Below are positions 48,291 through 58,347 of a DNA stretch of 64,000 bases, piece by piece. The DNA lies in assembly GCA_020049805.1 (NCBI GenBank), contig JAGVLN010000006.1:1002-65001 (forward strand). The letters run 5' to 3'. The position numbers and the translations under genes were made by a program. A model generated the notes under the pieces. That model worked only from the letters and a program-made list of their open reading frames with translations, had not been told where the DNA came from and made no database searches. Origin of the DNA: Rickettsiales bacterium (GTDB lineage Bacteria; Pseudomonadota; Alphaproteobacteria; Rickettsiales; JABSSG01). Numbering within the stretch: position 1 is the first letter of the stretch; every line of letters starts with the position of its first letter.

Positions 48291-48602
48291 TTACGAAGCG
48301 CGAATTTTTCTATAAAATTTAAGAGCATAATTAAGAATACAGCACCAGAATATACCACCAAAAATAGCATAAAATAAAAACATTAAAAGAAAGTTATATA
48401 AGCCTAGATTAAATTGCTCAATAAAACTATCAATCCAGACCCATATTAGCGTTATTGGAAAGTCTATAATGGCAACAATAGGCCAAGTAGCATAATAAAG
48501 TTGATAAGAATGATAAGGATGTGCAAAGTTTAATAAAAAATATAGCATTATAAGGTGGCAAAAAAATATTAAAACATTTTTTAATGTACTAATTCTTTGC
48601 AT
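48291..48602 (-). CDS. Hypothetical small membrane protein
   Basis: Three or four hydrophobic segments. The track start at 48656 would overlap tRNA-Ile, so the internal Met at 48602 is used. No family recognised. Confidence 0.3.
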   Translation of the reverse strand: MQRISTLKNVLIFFCHLIMLYFLLNFAHPYHSYQLYYATWPIVAIIDFPITLIWVWIDSFIEQFNLGLYNFLLMFLFYAIFGGIFWCCILNYALKFYRKIRAS

Positions 48603-48620
48603 AAATAGGTATATAATAAA

Positions 48621-48697
48621 TGGTGGGCTTGGGGGGACTTGAACCACCGACCTCACGCTTATCAGGCGTGTGCTCTAACCAACTGAGCTACAAGCCC
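48621..48697 (-). tRNA. tRNA-Ile (anticodon GAU), CCA encoded
   Basis: The minus strand reads GGGCTTGTAGCTCAGTTGGTTAGAGCACACGCCTGATAAGCGTGAGGTCGGTGGTTCAAGTCCCCCCAAGCCCACCA. All four arms fold. There is one U-C mismatch in the T stem. Confidence 0.9.
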
Positions 48698-48785
48698 CCT
48701 AACAGGGCAAAACAAAACTTGATAATTAAATCTTTAGGGTTTAAAAGTCAAGATATTTAAAAACATATTATAATATTTTATAGTT

Positions 48786-49862
48786 ATGAACAAGGTCACT
48801 AACAAAAAAATTATTACTTTAGATATAGCTCAACAAAAATTATCTGAGCTATTAAATACTCTGCAAGCTCAACTCAATAGTAACATTCCATCAAAAATAG
48901 CCGGCTTTTTTAGAAAAAAAAACAATATTAATATTAAAGGAATATACATATATGGGCCAGTCGGTAGCGGCAAATCAACTCTAATGGAAGAGTTTTTCCA
49001 AAAGCTCAACACAAAGAGAAAACTCCTTATTCATTTCCATGAATTTATGCAAAACATACATACTGAAGTTTTTCATATAAGGGCACGAAAGGTATCATCA
49101 CCAATAAAAATAATTGCTAGAAAATTGGCAAAAGACTTTAAAATTATTTGCTTAGATGAATTAGAGATAAATGATATTGCTGATGCAATGATAATCGGTA
49201 AGTTGTTTCAACAACTGTTAGAAAATGAAGTTATTATAGTAATTACTTCAAATAAGCATCCAGACGACCTCTATACCGAAGGACTTCAGCGTGCTAAATT
49301 TTTAGAATTTATAGCTCTTATTAAAAACGAACTCACATTATTTTATTTAGATAATGAAATAGACTACAGGTTAAATAAAATAAATTCTAACCAACAGATA
49401 TTTTTTATTCCTAATAATCTTACCTCTCAAAAACAGATCGATAAGTTATTTAAGACTCTATCTGCAAATAATCTACCTTATCCACATATAATTGAGCTAA
49501 AAGGACGAACTTTAGTTTGTAAAATTAGTTATAAAAACATAGTAAAATTTACCTTTAATGAATTATGTAAAGAAAACTTAGGTCCCGCAGATTATATTGC
49601 GATATGTAAAAACTTTAGGGTAATTATATTGACAGATATCCCAAAACTGTCATGGGAGCATAGTAATGAGGTAGTACGTTTTATTAATTTAATTGACGAA
49701 ATATACAAACATAATATATTACTAATATTAAGTTGCGAAACACCTCTAAACCAAGTATACACTCAAGGTAAGTTAATTGATAAATTCCAAAGAACATTAT
49801 CTAGACTGATTGAAATGCAATCAGAGGAATACATCAACAAAGCAAAAAAGTTTGTTTTATGA
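48786..49862 (+). CDS. zapE: AFG1-like ATPase ZapE
   Basis: Walker A GPVGSGKST, Walker B region ICLDELEINDIADAM, length and layout of ZapE/AFG1. Confidence 0.85.
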   Translation: MNKVTNKKIITLDIAQQKLSELLNTLQAQLNSNIPSKIAGFFRKKNNINIKGIYIYGPVGSGKSTLMEEFFQKLNTKRKLLIHFHEFMQNIHTEVFHIRARKVSSPIKIIARKLAKDFKIICLDELEINDIADAMIIGKLFQQLLENEVIIVITSNKHPDDLYTEGLQRAKFLEFIALIKNELTLFYLDNEIDYRLNKINSNQQIFFIPNNLTSQKQIDKLFKTLSANNLPYPHIIELKGRTLVCKISYKNIVKFTFNELCKENLGPADYIAICKNFRVIILTDIPKLSWEHSNEVVRFINLIDEIYKHNILLILSCETPLNQVYTQGKLIDKFQRTLSRLIEMQSEEYINKAKKFVL

Positions 49863-50800
49863 GCAAAAATCAGAAAATTGAAATAATCCTTGCTTCTCCT
49901 CGAGGATTCTGCGCTGGAGTTGAACGTGCCGTTCATATTGTTGAGCAGGCTCTAGAAAAATATGGAGCCCCAGTTTATGTCAGACACGAAATTGTCCATA
50001 ATAAATATGTTGTCGATGATTTAAAACAAAAAGGCACAATCTTTGTTGAGGAATTAGATGAAATACCTAATGATGCTATTACTATTTTTAGCGCACATGG
50101 TGTATCAGATAAAGTAGAAAATGAAGCAAGACATCGTAAATTACTCGTAATAGATGCAACTTGCCCTCTAGTCACTAAGGTGCATCTGGAAGCTAAAAAA
50201 CATGAATCTCTAAATCGTGAAATAATAATGATAGGGCATAAAGGCCATCCAGAAGTTGAAGGTACTTCTGGTAGAGTAAAAAATGAAGTATTATTAGTTT
50301 CCTCTATAGAAGACATAGATAATTTACAGGTCAAAGATCCTAAAAACCTAGCTTATGTAACACAAACCACTCTTAGCGTTGATGATACTATTAAAATCAT
50401 AAATAGACTAAAAGAAAAATTTCCAGAAATAATAGGCCCAGATTTAAAAAATATTTGTTACGCTACTCAAAATAGACAGAATGCAGTAAAAGAACTTGCA
50501 ACTAAAGTTGATATTATTTTAGTTATAGGGGCCAAGAATAGCTCTAATTCAAATAGATTAAGAGATTTAGGCCTTGAGATGAACGTACCTTCTTATTTAA
50601 TTGATACCCCGGATGATATAGATTTAAAATGGTTAGACCAAGTAAATAGCATTGGTGTAACCGCTGGAGCCTCTGCTCCAGAAACTTTGGTAGAAAACGT
50701 AATCAATTATCTAAAAACCTTATACAACCGATCTATAGTAAGGTCATTAGAAGGTATAGAAGAAAATGTTAAATTTAAGTTACCTAAGGAAGTACGTTAG
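49859..50800 (+). CDS. ispH: 4-hydroxy-3-methylbut-2-enyl diphosphate reductase
   Basis: The three cluster Cys contexts PRGFCAGVERA, DATCPLVTKVH and NICYATQNRQ. ATGA overlap with zapE. Confidence 0.95.
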   Translation: MSKNQKIEIILASPRGFCAGVERAVHIVEQALEKYGAPVYVRHEIVHNKYVVDDLKQKGTIFVEELDEIPNDAITIFSAHGVSDKVENEARHRKLLVIDATCPLVTKVHLEAKKHESLNREIIMIGHKGHPEVEGTSGRVKNEVLLVSSIEDIDNLQVKDPKNLAYVTQTTLSVDDTIKIINRLKEKFPEIIGPDLKNICYATQNRQNAVKELATKVDIILVIGAKNSSNSNRLRDLGLEMNVPSYLIDTPDDIDLKWLDQVNSIGVTAGASAPETLVENVINYLKTLYNRSIVRSLEGIEENVKFKLPKEVR

Positions 50801-50811
50801 TTAGTAATTTA

Positions 50812-51543
50812 TTACTTAAGCAGTTGATGTTCTTTTATAAAATACTCTGTTTCAGTGATGGACTCTGGTGTTCCTATATGAAACCAATATCCATCATAAA
50901 CTATTCCATAGATATTTTCATAATTAAATTGTTTATAAATATCAAAAATAGAGCATTTTCTGAGTTTTTCATCTTTTAAAAAATCAGGAGAAATAATTTG
51001 TAATCCCATATAAACAAAAGGCAATTTGCTAGCTAGTGCAGGCTCGATAATTCTATCTTCTTGCAAATCAAAATCCCCTTTACCATCATATCCTATAGAT
51101 TTTGGTTTAGGATATAATAGCAGTAAAGCCTTCATATGTTTACTATCCCATTTAGAATATAGTAACTCGAAAATATTATTATTAGTATCAATCCAATAAT
51201 TATCACCATTTATTAAAAAAAATGGTTTATTATTCATTTCATGCAAGCATTTATTAATAGAGCCCCAAGATTCATGTAATTCCTCTTCAAGAACGAAACA
51301 AATTTTAATTTCGGAATAATGTTTAGTCACATAGTTCTCAACATGGTTCTGAAGAAGCTCAGCCTTATAAAATAAGTTGATGACAATTTTTTCAATTCCA
51401 GCTTTATATAATTCATCAATAATACGTGTAATTAAAGATTGATTACAAACCTCTACCATAGGTTTTGGAATTTTATTAGTAATAGGCCTCATTCTTACAC
51501 CTAGACCAGCTGCCAATATTAATGCTTGATTTATCATATTCAA
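50812..51543 (-). CDS. murU: Nucleotidyltransferase, MurU-like (MurNAc-1-P uridylyltransferase)
   Basis: LILAAGLGVRMRPITNKIPKPMV sugar-nucleotidyltransferase motif. Conserved alphaproteobacterial tsaE-amgK-murU order. Confidence 0.65.
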   Translation of the reverse strand: MNMINQALILAAGLGVRMRPITNKIPKPMVEVCNQSLITRIIDELYKAGIEKIVINLFYKAELLQNHVENYVTKHYSEIKICFVLEEELHESWGSINKCLHEMNNKPFFLINGDNYWIDTNNNIFELLYSKWDSKHMKALLLLYPKPKSIGYDGKGDFDLQEDRIIEPALASKLPFVYMGLQIISPDFLKDEKLRKCSIFDIYKQFNYENIYGIVYDGYWFHIGTPESITETEYFIKEHQLLK

Positions 51544-51546
51544 ATT

Positions 51547-52530
51547 CTATTTAATATTAGATTTCAAAATAGAGACTTTATTGAACCAATTTCTCAGGGG
51601 CAATAATAAAGGGTTGCTTAAACTCTGATGAATATATGACCAAACTCTCGGTAGTAATTTTAAATAACGCACATCATTATCTCGCATTGCCTTACGAGCA
51701 AATACTCCTACAATTTTACAATTCCTTTGTGCACCTAATATTACATAATCAGCTAAAAATTCTTTACGATTATAATTCATCCTTTCAAGATAATAATTGA
51801 TCATTCCATTTGCAATATCATTACCTAAATCTCTTCTAGCATCTTCGAGAAGTGAAACTACATCATAAGCAACTGACCCGATAACTGCATCTTGAAAATC
51901 AAGCAAACCAACTTTTTTATGCCCAACTCTATCTTCTAACCACATTAAATTATCTGCATGATAATCCCTTAAAACTAAACAATTGTCTTGATAATTTAAG
52001 TTATTTAAGAGTTTAGACCAAATTTCTATATATTCTTCTCTCAAAGAAGCAGATAATTCTTCGCCATTTATAGCTTTGAAATACCAATCTACTAATAAAC
52101 AAGCTTCTTGTAAAAGTAATTGAATACTGTAATGGGGCACATCTAAAGTGGGTTCTACATTATGCAATCTAATTAAAACATCGATTGCTTTCCTATATAA
52201 TAAGTTTTCTGAAATTTCTTTATTACTTTCTAATAAAATTTTACTATAGTGATTCTGCCCAAAATCTTCTAACAACAATAGGCCATTTTGAATATCTTGA
52301 TTAAGAATTTGTGGAGCAGAAAATTCATTGTTATACAGAAATTCTCCTACCTTAATAAAAGGTAGCACCTCTTCTTTATCTGGAGGAGCATCCATTAAAA
52401 TATATGTTTGACCATCTAAACTAACTCTTTCATAAGACCTAAATGAAGCATCAGCAGGTAATTTACTAACCTGATATGGCCGCATAAAGTGAGTATTTAA
52501 AAACTTTTCTTTAATATATTCTCTATTCAT
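51547..52530 (-). CDS. amgK: Aminoglycoside-phosphotransferase-fold kinase, AmgK-like (anomeric MurNAc/GlcNAc kinase)
   Basis: APH-fold catalytic loop LRDYHADNLMW and DFQDA metal-binding motif. Synteny with murU and tsaE. Confidence 0.65.
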   Translation of the reverse strand: MNREYIKEKFLNTHFMRPYQVSKLPADASFRSYERVSLDGQTYILMDAPPDKEEVLPFIKVGEFLYNNEFSAPQILNQDIQNGLLLLEDFGQNHYSKILLESNKEISENLLYRKAIDVLIRLHNVEPTLDVPHYSIQLLLQEACLLVDWYFKAINGEELSASLREEYIEIWSKLLNNLNYQDNCLVLRDYHADNLMWLEDRVGHKKVGLLDFQDAVIGSVAYDVVSLLEDARRDLGNDIANGMINYYLERMNYNRKEFLADYVILGAQRNCKIVGVFARKAMRDNDVRYLKLLPRVWSYIHQSLSNPLLLPLRNWFNKVSILKSNIK

Positions 52531-52533
52531 ATT

Positions 52534-52995
52534 CTACTCAGTTATAGAAATGTCTTGTAAATCTCCTTCGGAAACAACTTCTACTATCCTATTATTATTA
52601 CTATAAAAATTCTTAAATTGAATAGTTATTTTATTAGGTATTGTAAGTTGCTTTTCAATTATTTCTGGCCATTCTATTAAAGTCACTCCATATTTTAATG
52701 CATCCTCTAAACCTAGTTCAAATACTTCTTCAACTTTATTTACCCTATATAAATCAAAATGCCAAATATCAAACAAAGTAGATTTATAATTATGTACTAG
52801 ATTAAAAGTAGGGCTTGTTACTTCTTCTTGTTGACCACAAATATATCGAATAAAAAATTGAGCAAATGTAGTCTTTCCAACTCCTAAATCACCTTTTAAT
52901 AATATCACACTACTTGGTTTTACTATCTTCGCTATTACCTTTGCCAAATTTTTTGTTTGCTCAAGATTTGCCAAATTAAAGGTATGTTTTGTCAT
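52534..52995 (-). CDS. tsaE: tRNA t6A37 biosynthesis ATPase TsaE
   Basis: GDLGVGKTTF P-loop, SPTFNLVHNY, HFDLYR motifs. Confidence 0.85.
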   Translation of the reverse strand: MTKHTFNLANLEQTKNLAKVIAKIVKPSSVILLKGDLGVGKTTFAQFFIRYICGQQEEVTSPTFNLVHNYKSTLFDIWHFDLYRVNKVEEVFELGLEDALKYGVTLIEWPEIIEKQLTIPNKITIQFKNFYSNNNRIVEVVSEGDLQDISITE

Positions 52996-53001
52996 AAGTT
53001 T

Positions 53002-55494
53002 TTAACTAGCCGTATTTTTTTTATTTATTTTCTTCTTTTTTTCACTTGGATAAGTAATATCTGGCTCCGGAGAAGTAATAGGAATAATGCATTTAAATTG
53101 GCTACCTTTATTTTTAGCACTTTTTACTATTATTTTTCCTTCATGCAATTCAACAAAACTCTTTACTAAAGAAAGTCCTAAGCCAGCTCCGGATTTTTTT
53201 AGTTTTCCTGGTGTATTAATACGATAAAATTTATCAAAAATATGTTTGGTTTCTGCAATATCCATACCTATTCCTTCATCTTCAATAATAAATATTACTT
53301 CACTGCCGTCTGAGTTTTTACTTACAGATAATTTAACTAAACCTTTCTCCTTAGAATATGCAATTGCGTTGCTAAGCAATTTAAATATTACTTGTTTAAT
53401 TCTCTTTTCATCTCCTATCATAAAGCCAATATCTGGTTTACAATCAAATTCAAATTTTAAATTATGATTTTTAATTCTTTCTTGAGTTAAAGGTATTATA
53501 GATGTAATAGTCTGATAAATATCAAACTTATCTAAATCTAATTTCATATAGCCAGCATCAATAGATGCTAAATCAATAATATCATTAATTAATGACATCA
53601 AGTATTGCGATGAATTATAAATAGACTTTACATAATCTACCTGGTGTTTAGTTAAACCTCCAAAAAACCTTTTATCTAAAGCTTCAGAGAATCCTATTAT
53701 TGATGTTAATGGGGAGCGTAATTCATAAGAAACATTTGCCAAAAATTCTGTTTTAATACGATCTGCTTCCTGTAAAGCTTGATTTCTCTCTCTTAAACTC
53801 CTTTCAACTAACATTGAATCAGTAACATCGTGATAACTTACTAATGTACCACCATCAGGAAGAGGTACAAACAATACATCTATTAGGGATTCATCTATCA
53901 ACTCTATACTAATATTTGAAGTACGTCTGGCACTTATTCTTAATATAAAATCATTCTTGAATTCTTCCCATTTTATCTTAGGGTTGAACAACGAACCCAT
54001 TTTAGATAAAAGCTCAGACACGTGTGGTTTTGAATGAACAAAGTCTTTTTCCTGCTTCCACATTTGTAAGAACTTTGGATTGCTTAGCTCTAATTTACCA
54101 TTCTCACTAAATACGGTTATACCTTCATTTAGATTGTCTATAGTTTCCTTTTGTACTGCACTTAGGGTCTTAAATGATCTTTCTAACTCCAAGCGATCAG
54201 TCATATCTTCATAAGAGAATAATAATCCTCCTAAAGCATGTTGTATCACTATTACTCTTAAATAACGTCCATCTGGCAAGTAAAAAAAGTCATTATGAGT
54301 TGATATTAAATCTGTAAAAAGCTTAATTTGTTCATTTTTGAATCTTTGAAAATCAACTTGCTCAGGCAGCTTACGCTTTTCACGTAGTTTTTCAAGAATT
54401 TGGCTATAAGTTGGACCTGTGACTAACCATCTATCATCCAAATCCCATAATTTAACAAACGCTTGGTTAAAAAATTGTATCCTAGTATCAGAACCATAAA
54501 TTGCTGTAGCACTAGCTGTACTTTCTAATAAATCCGATTGCGCAGAAATATGACGTTCTAATTCTAATTTAATTAATTCTTTACTAGTCATATCATATCC
54601 ACAACCCACCATTATATCAGCAGTTGGAACAGGAATTTCAAAGAATTGATATAAAAATCTTTGTCCATCAACAATAATATGACGTTCTTCTGATCTCTCC
54701 ATGTTGATTTCTTTCGCAAGCTGTGCTAACTGCTTAGACTGCTTATCTAATTCTAGGGAAATAGCATCAGAACGTCCTTCTTCATTATACCCTATCATTT
54801 GGCTAAACTTATTATTAAAATATATAATGTTCAAATCACTATCACGCATCCACACAGGATATGGTAATAGGTTAATCAAGTTATTTTTGGAGGTAAGATC
54901 AGTTTTCAAGACATTATTTTCATAAAGCATATGCTGAATTTTAGACGCTTCTGAAGTAATATCACCAAAAAATATAAAAAATCCTTTATAATTATTTAAC
55001 ACTACATATTGGCAACTAACATGCTTAATGCCTATTGGAGACAATCCATTTTTTATTTCTAATTTTATACTTTTATTAACCTCTTTGCCAATAACTCCGT
55101 TATTAATTTTACTGTTATCAATAACTTTATTGTAACTAGCAGATAATACCTCCTGGTCATTTGATACAAAACAAGTCAATAAATCCTCTATTGAATTTTG
55201 CTTATCTTTTAAATTTAAAATATCTTTTAAGGATCGAGAAATATGCTCTTTTCCTGTTGCTATATCTCGATAATAGAAAGGATTATTTCCTAAAGATTGA
55301 AGAGCAGAAATGCTGTTTTTTGGAGCATTATGTCTAATAAAATAGATCGCTATTATAGCTAAAACTAATATTACAGCTGTTACACTAGAATATAAGACAG
55401 AAGAAGATATAATTACTTCGTCAGCTCTACTATATACAGGATATAATAAACAATAGATTACAAGCAATAAATGCTTTAGATAATGCTCAAGCAC
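53002..55494 (-). CDS. Membrane-anchored multi-PAS sensor histidine kinase
   Basis: GTG start, N-terminal TM segments, several PAS-like modules, H-box FLANVSYELRSPLTSIIGFSE, N-box KLLSNAIAYS, G1 EDEGIGM, G2 GAGLGLSLV. No response regulator adjacent. Confidence 0.85.
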   Translation of the reverse strand: MLEHYLKHLLLVIYCLLYPVYSRADEVIISSSVLYSSVTAVILVLAIIAIYFIRHNAPKNSISALQSLGNNPFYYRDIATGKEHISRSLKDILNLKDKQNSIEDLLTCFVSNDQEVLSASYNKVIDNSKINNGVIGKEVNKSIKLEIKNGLSPIGIKHVSCQYVVLNNYKGFFIFFGDITSEASKIQHMLYENNVLKTDLTSKNNLINLLPYPVWMRDSDLNIIYFNNKFSQMIGYNEEGRSDAISLELDKQSKQLAQLAKEINMERSEERHIIVDGQRFLYQFFEIPVPTADIMVGCGYDMTSKELIKLELERHISAQSDLLESTASATAIYGSDTRIQFFNQAFVKLWDLDDRWLVTGPTYSQILEKLREKRKLPEQVDFQRFKNEQIKLFTDLISTHNDFFYLPDGRYLRVIVIQHALGGLLFSYEDMTDRLELERSFKTLSAVQKETIDNLNEGITVFSENGKLELSNPKFLQMWKQEKDFVHSKPHVSELLSKMGSLFNPKIKWEEFKNDFILRISARRTSNISIELIDESLIDVLFVPLPDGGTLVSYHDVTDSMLVERSLRERNQALQEADRIKTEFLANVSYELRSPLTSIIGFSEALDKRFFGGLTKHQVDYVKSIYNSSQYLMSLINDIIDLASIDAGYMKLDLDKFDIYQTITSIIPLTQERIKNHNLKFEFDCKPDIGFMIGDEKRIKQVIFKLLSNAIAYSKEKGLVKLSVSKNSDGSEVIFIIEDEGIGMDIAETKHIFDKFYRINTPGKLKKSGAGLGLSLVKSFVELHEGKIIVKSAKNKGSQFKCIIPITSPEPDITYPSEKKKKINKKNTAS

Positions 55495-55596
55495 AATTTA
55501 ATACCTCACTCACTAGGAGTTAGACTATAACAAAATATTTGTAATTTCAACCTACTTACGGTATTATTTTCAGATTATTAATCAATAGTTATATAT

Positions 55597-56454
55597 ATGA
55601 ATCATCAAGCATTAAAATCCATTGTTGAAGCAGGTTGGGATGCTTCCGTTAATTCAACAGGAATTGTTTCGAATTCTCAGGAGATAAGTAAAGCTGTAAA
55701 TCAAACATTGGATTTACTAGACAGAGGCGAAATACGTGTTGCAGAAAGAAATCAAGGTACATGGAATGTTAATACTTGGATAAAAAAAGCAATTTTATTA
55801 TCATTTAAAATCAATCAAAACAGCCTAGTAAACAGCTCTATATTCTTTTCAGGAAATAAAACTATAGATTACAAATGGTTTGATAAAATTAAGCTAAAAT
55901 TCAATGGATGGAACGAACAAGATTTTGCTAATGCTTGTGTTAGGGCTGTTCCTGGATCCATAGTAAGACATTCAGCCTTTGTGGGAAAAAATGTGATATT
56001 AATGCCAAGCTTTGTAAATGTTGGAGCATTCATCGATGAAGGTACAATGATTGATACTTGGGCAACAGTCGGAAGCTGTGCTCAAATTGGTAAAAATTGT
56101 CATATCTCGGGCGGAACTGGCATCGGCGGTGTATTAGAGCCATTACAGAATAATCCTGTAATTATTGAAGATAATTGTTTTATAGGCGCAAGATCTGAAA
56201 TTGCTGAAGGTGTTGTAGTAAGAGAAGGAAGTGTGATTTCCATGGGGGTATTTATAAGTTCTTCTACTAAAATTGTGGATAGAGAGTCTGGAGAAATATT
56301 TTATGGAGAGGTGCCTGCATTTTCTGTAGTTGTACCAGGTGTGTTACCAGATAAAGATAAAAATCGTCCTTTATTGAATGTCGCTGTAATAGTTAAAAAA
56401 GTAGACCAAAAAACTCGTAGCAAAACCTCAATCAACGACATCTTAAGATTATAA
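55597..56454 (+). CDS. dapD: 2,3,4,5-tetrahydropyridine-2,6-dicarboxylate N-succinyltransferase
   Basis: Hexapeptide-repeat left-handed beta-helix ([25 protein letters not shown]...[14 protein letters not shown]). Alpha-type DapD N-terminal domain. Confidence 0.9.
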   Translation: MNHQALKSIVEAGWDASVNSTGIVSNSQEISKAVNQTLDLLDRGEIRVAERNQGTWNVNTWIKKAILLSFKINQNSLVNSSIFFSGNKTIDYKWFDKIKLKFNGWNEQDFANACVRAVPGSIVRHSAFVGKNVILMPSFVNVGAFIDEGTMIDTWATVGSCAQIGKNCHISGGTGIGGVLEPLQNNPVIIEDNCFIGARSEIAEGVVVREGSVISMGVFISSSTKIVDRESGEIFYGEVPAFSVVVPGVLPDKDKNRPLLNVAVIVKKVDQKTRSKTSINDILRL

Positions 56455-56455
56455 A

Positions 56456-57604
56456 ATGGATTTTGATAATCAAATTTCTTTTCTGACTAAACTTATTAAC
56501 TGTGCCTCAGTTACTAATCACGATGATGGAAAATCTATAGATACTATAATAAATATTTTAGAACCCGCAGGTTTTGAATGTCATAAATTACTATTCTCTG
56601 ATGAAAACCATTCAGCTGTTAATTTATATGCCCAATATGGCTCTAGTAATAATAATTTTTGTTTTGCCGGTCATACTGATGTAGTAGAACCAGGCGATTT
56701 AAATTCATGGCATACAAATCCTTTCCAAGCTGAAATCAAAAATGATATTATTTATGGACGTGGTATTGTTGATATGAAAGGAGCTATTTCTTCATTTATT
56801 GCAGCAGCGGTTAACTTTATTAAAACTACTCCTAAGAAAGATTTCTCTATAAGCTTACTTATAGGCGGTGATGAAGAAACAACTTCATTAAACGGTACAA
56901 TCAAGTTACTACATTGGTTAAAAGAAAATCAAAAATCAATTTCTACTTGCATTGTAGGTGAACCAACTAACCCAAAAATACTTGGCGAATCAGTAAAAAT
57001 AGGTAGAAGAGGAAGCATCAACTTTATTTTAAAAATCTATGGCAAACAAGGCCATGCTGCTTATCCTGCTCAAGCTGATAATGCCGCTACTAAAATTGTT
57101 AATGTTCTACATCATCTAAAGTCTATTATCTTAGATAAGGGTACAAAATTATTCGAGCCATCAAATTTGGAAATTACAAATATTACTATTAATAATAACA
57201 CCACTAATATTATTCCTGGAACAGCTCAAGCTAATTTTAACATTAGGTATAATGATGCTTACACTAGCCAATCTTTAATAGCATTTATAAGTAAACATAT
57301 TTCTCAAATTACACAAGATTATGAACTAGAAGCAATTGAATCGGCCGAAGCATTTTATACCAACGATAAATTCCTTCAAAATATAATAGAAGACGCAATT
57401 AAAAAGGTAGTTCAGATAGTGCCAAAATTTAATACTGCAGGTGGAACTTCTGATGCTAGATTTATTCATAAAATTTGCCCAGTCGCAGAATTTGGATTAA
57501 TTAATGAAACTGCTCATAAAGTAAACGAGCATTGTCATTTAAACGATTTAAAAAACTTAACTGAAATATACAAAAATATATTAATAAATTACTTTAATAA
57601 ATAA
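56456..57604 (+). CDS. dapE: Succinyl-diaminopimelate desuccinylase (M20 family)
   Basis: FAGHTDVVEPG, IGGDEE, GEPT metal-ligand contexts. Follows dapD. Confidence 0.9.
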   Translation: MDFDNQISFLTKLINCASVTNHDDGKSIDTIINILEPAGFECHKLLFSDENHSAVNLYAQYGSSNNNFCFAGHTDVVEPGDLNSWHTNPFQAEIKNDIIYGRGIVDMKGAISSFIAAAVNFIKTTPKKDFSISLLIGGDEETTSLNGTIKLLHWLKENQKSISTCIVGEPTNPKILGESVKIGRRGSINFILKIYGKQGHAAYPAQADNAATKIVNVLHHLKSIILDKGTKLFEPSNLEITNITINNNTTNIIPGTAQANFNIRYNDAYTSQSLIAFISKHISQITQDYELEAIESAEAFYTNDKFLQNIIEDAIKKVVQIVPKFNTAGGTSDARFIHKICPVAEFGLINETAHKVNEHCHLNDLKNLTEIYKNILINYFNK

Positions 57605-57607
57605 CTA

Positions 57608-58330
57608 ATGGAATGGTCTGATCAAGGTATTATTCTCGCTATAGAGAAATATAATGAACAATCCGCTGTATTGTCTTGTTTAACTTTAAAACGAGGATTG
57701 TGCAGAGGATTTATTAAAAATATAAAAAGTAAATCCAATCATAAAACTATATTTATAGGAAATATTGTTCATCTATCATGGGTTGCAAGATTGGAACAAC
57801 ATCTTGGTAGCTGGAAAATACTATCTCACGAAACTATAACTCCTTATTTTTTTCATAATAATAAAAAACTTGCTTCTGTCGCTAGCATTTGCGCGTTAAT
57901 GAATACTACATTAACAGAGCAAGAGGCCCAAGCTAGCCTGTTTGAGAACATGATTAAGTTTCTATATTCTATTAAACATGATGACCAATGGCTAAGAAAT
58001 CTGATTTTTTTAGAGCTTAAATTACTGGAATGTATTGGTTTCGGCCTTGATTTAACACAGTGCGCTGCTACTGGAAAAACTAGCGATTTAACCTATATTT
58101 CTCCTAATACAGGTAAAGCTATATCTAGCGATGCTGGAAAAATTTATCATAAAAAATTATTTCTTTTACCTAATTTTCTTATCACTAATTCAGATGAAGA
58201 GCTTCCTACAAGTGATCTACTATATGTTCTTAATGTCACAAAACACTTTTTTGAAAAGTTCCTAACTTCCCAAAAGAACTTATCTGTTCCAAAGATTAGA
58301 ATAATGTTAGAAGATATATTACAGAATTAA
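57608..58330 (+). CDS. recO: DNA repair protein RecO
   Basis: MEWSDQGIILAIEKYNEQSAVLSCLTLKRGLCRGF OB-fold N-terminus typical of alphaproteobacterial RecO. Cys-containing region CAATGK. Confidence 0.8.
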   Translation: MEWSDQGIILAIEKYNEQSAVLSCLTLKRGLCRGFIKNIKSKSNHKTIFIGNIVHLSWVARLEQHLGSWKILSHETITPYFFHNNKKLASVASICALMNTTLTEQEAQASLFENMIKFLYSIKHDDQWLRNLIFLELKLLECIGFGLDLTQCAATGKTSDLTYISPNTGKAISSDAGKIYHKKLFLLPNFLITNSDEELPTSDLLYVLNVTKHFFEKFLTSQKNLSVPKIRIMLEDILQN

Positions 58331-58347
58331 ATAAATTTATAATTACT

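Noticed and set aside
48603-48656. N-terminal part of ORF 48291..48656 (MRSVVQVPPSPPF...).
   Set aside because: It is translated from the antisense of the tRNA-Ile gene, and its GC-rich Pro/Val codons derive from the tRNA sequence. The ORF, if real, must start downstream.
48621-48697. Possibility that tRNA-Ile is a pseudogene because of the U-C mismatch in the T stem.
   Set aside because: The acceptor, D and anticodon arms, the conserved loop nucleotides and the CCA are all intact. A single stem mismatch is tolerated in many functional tRNAs. It is kept as a functional call and flagged only.
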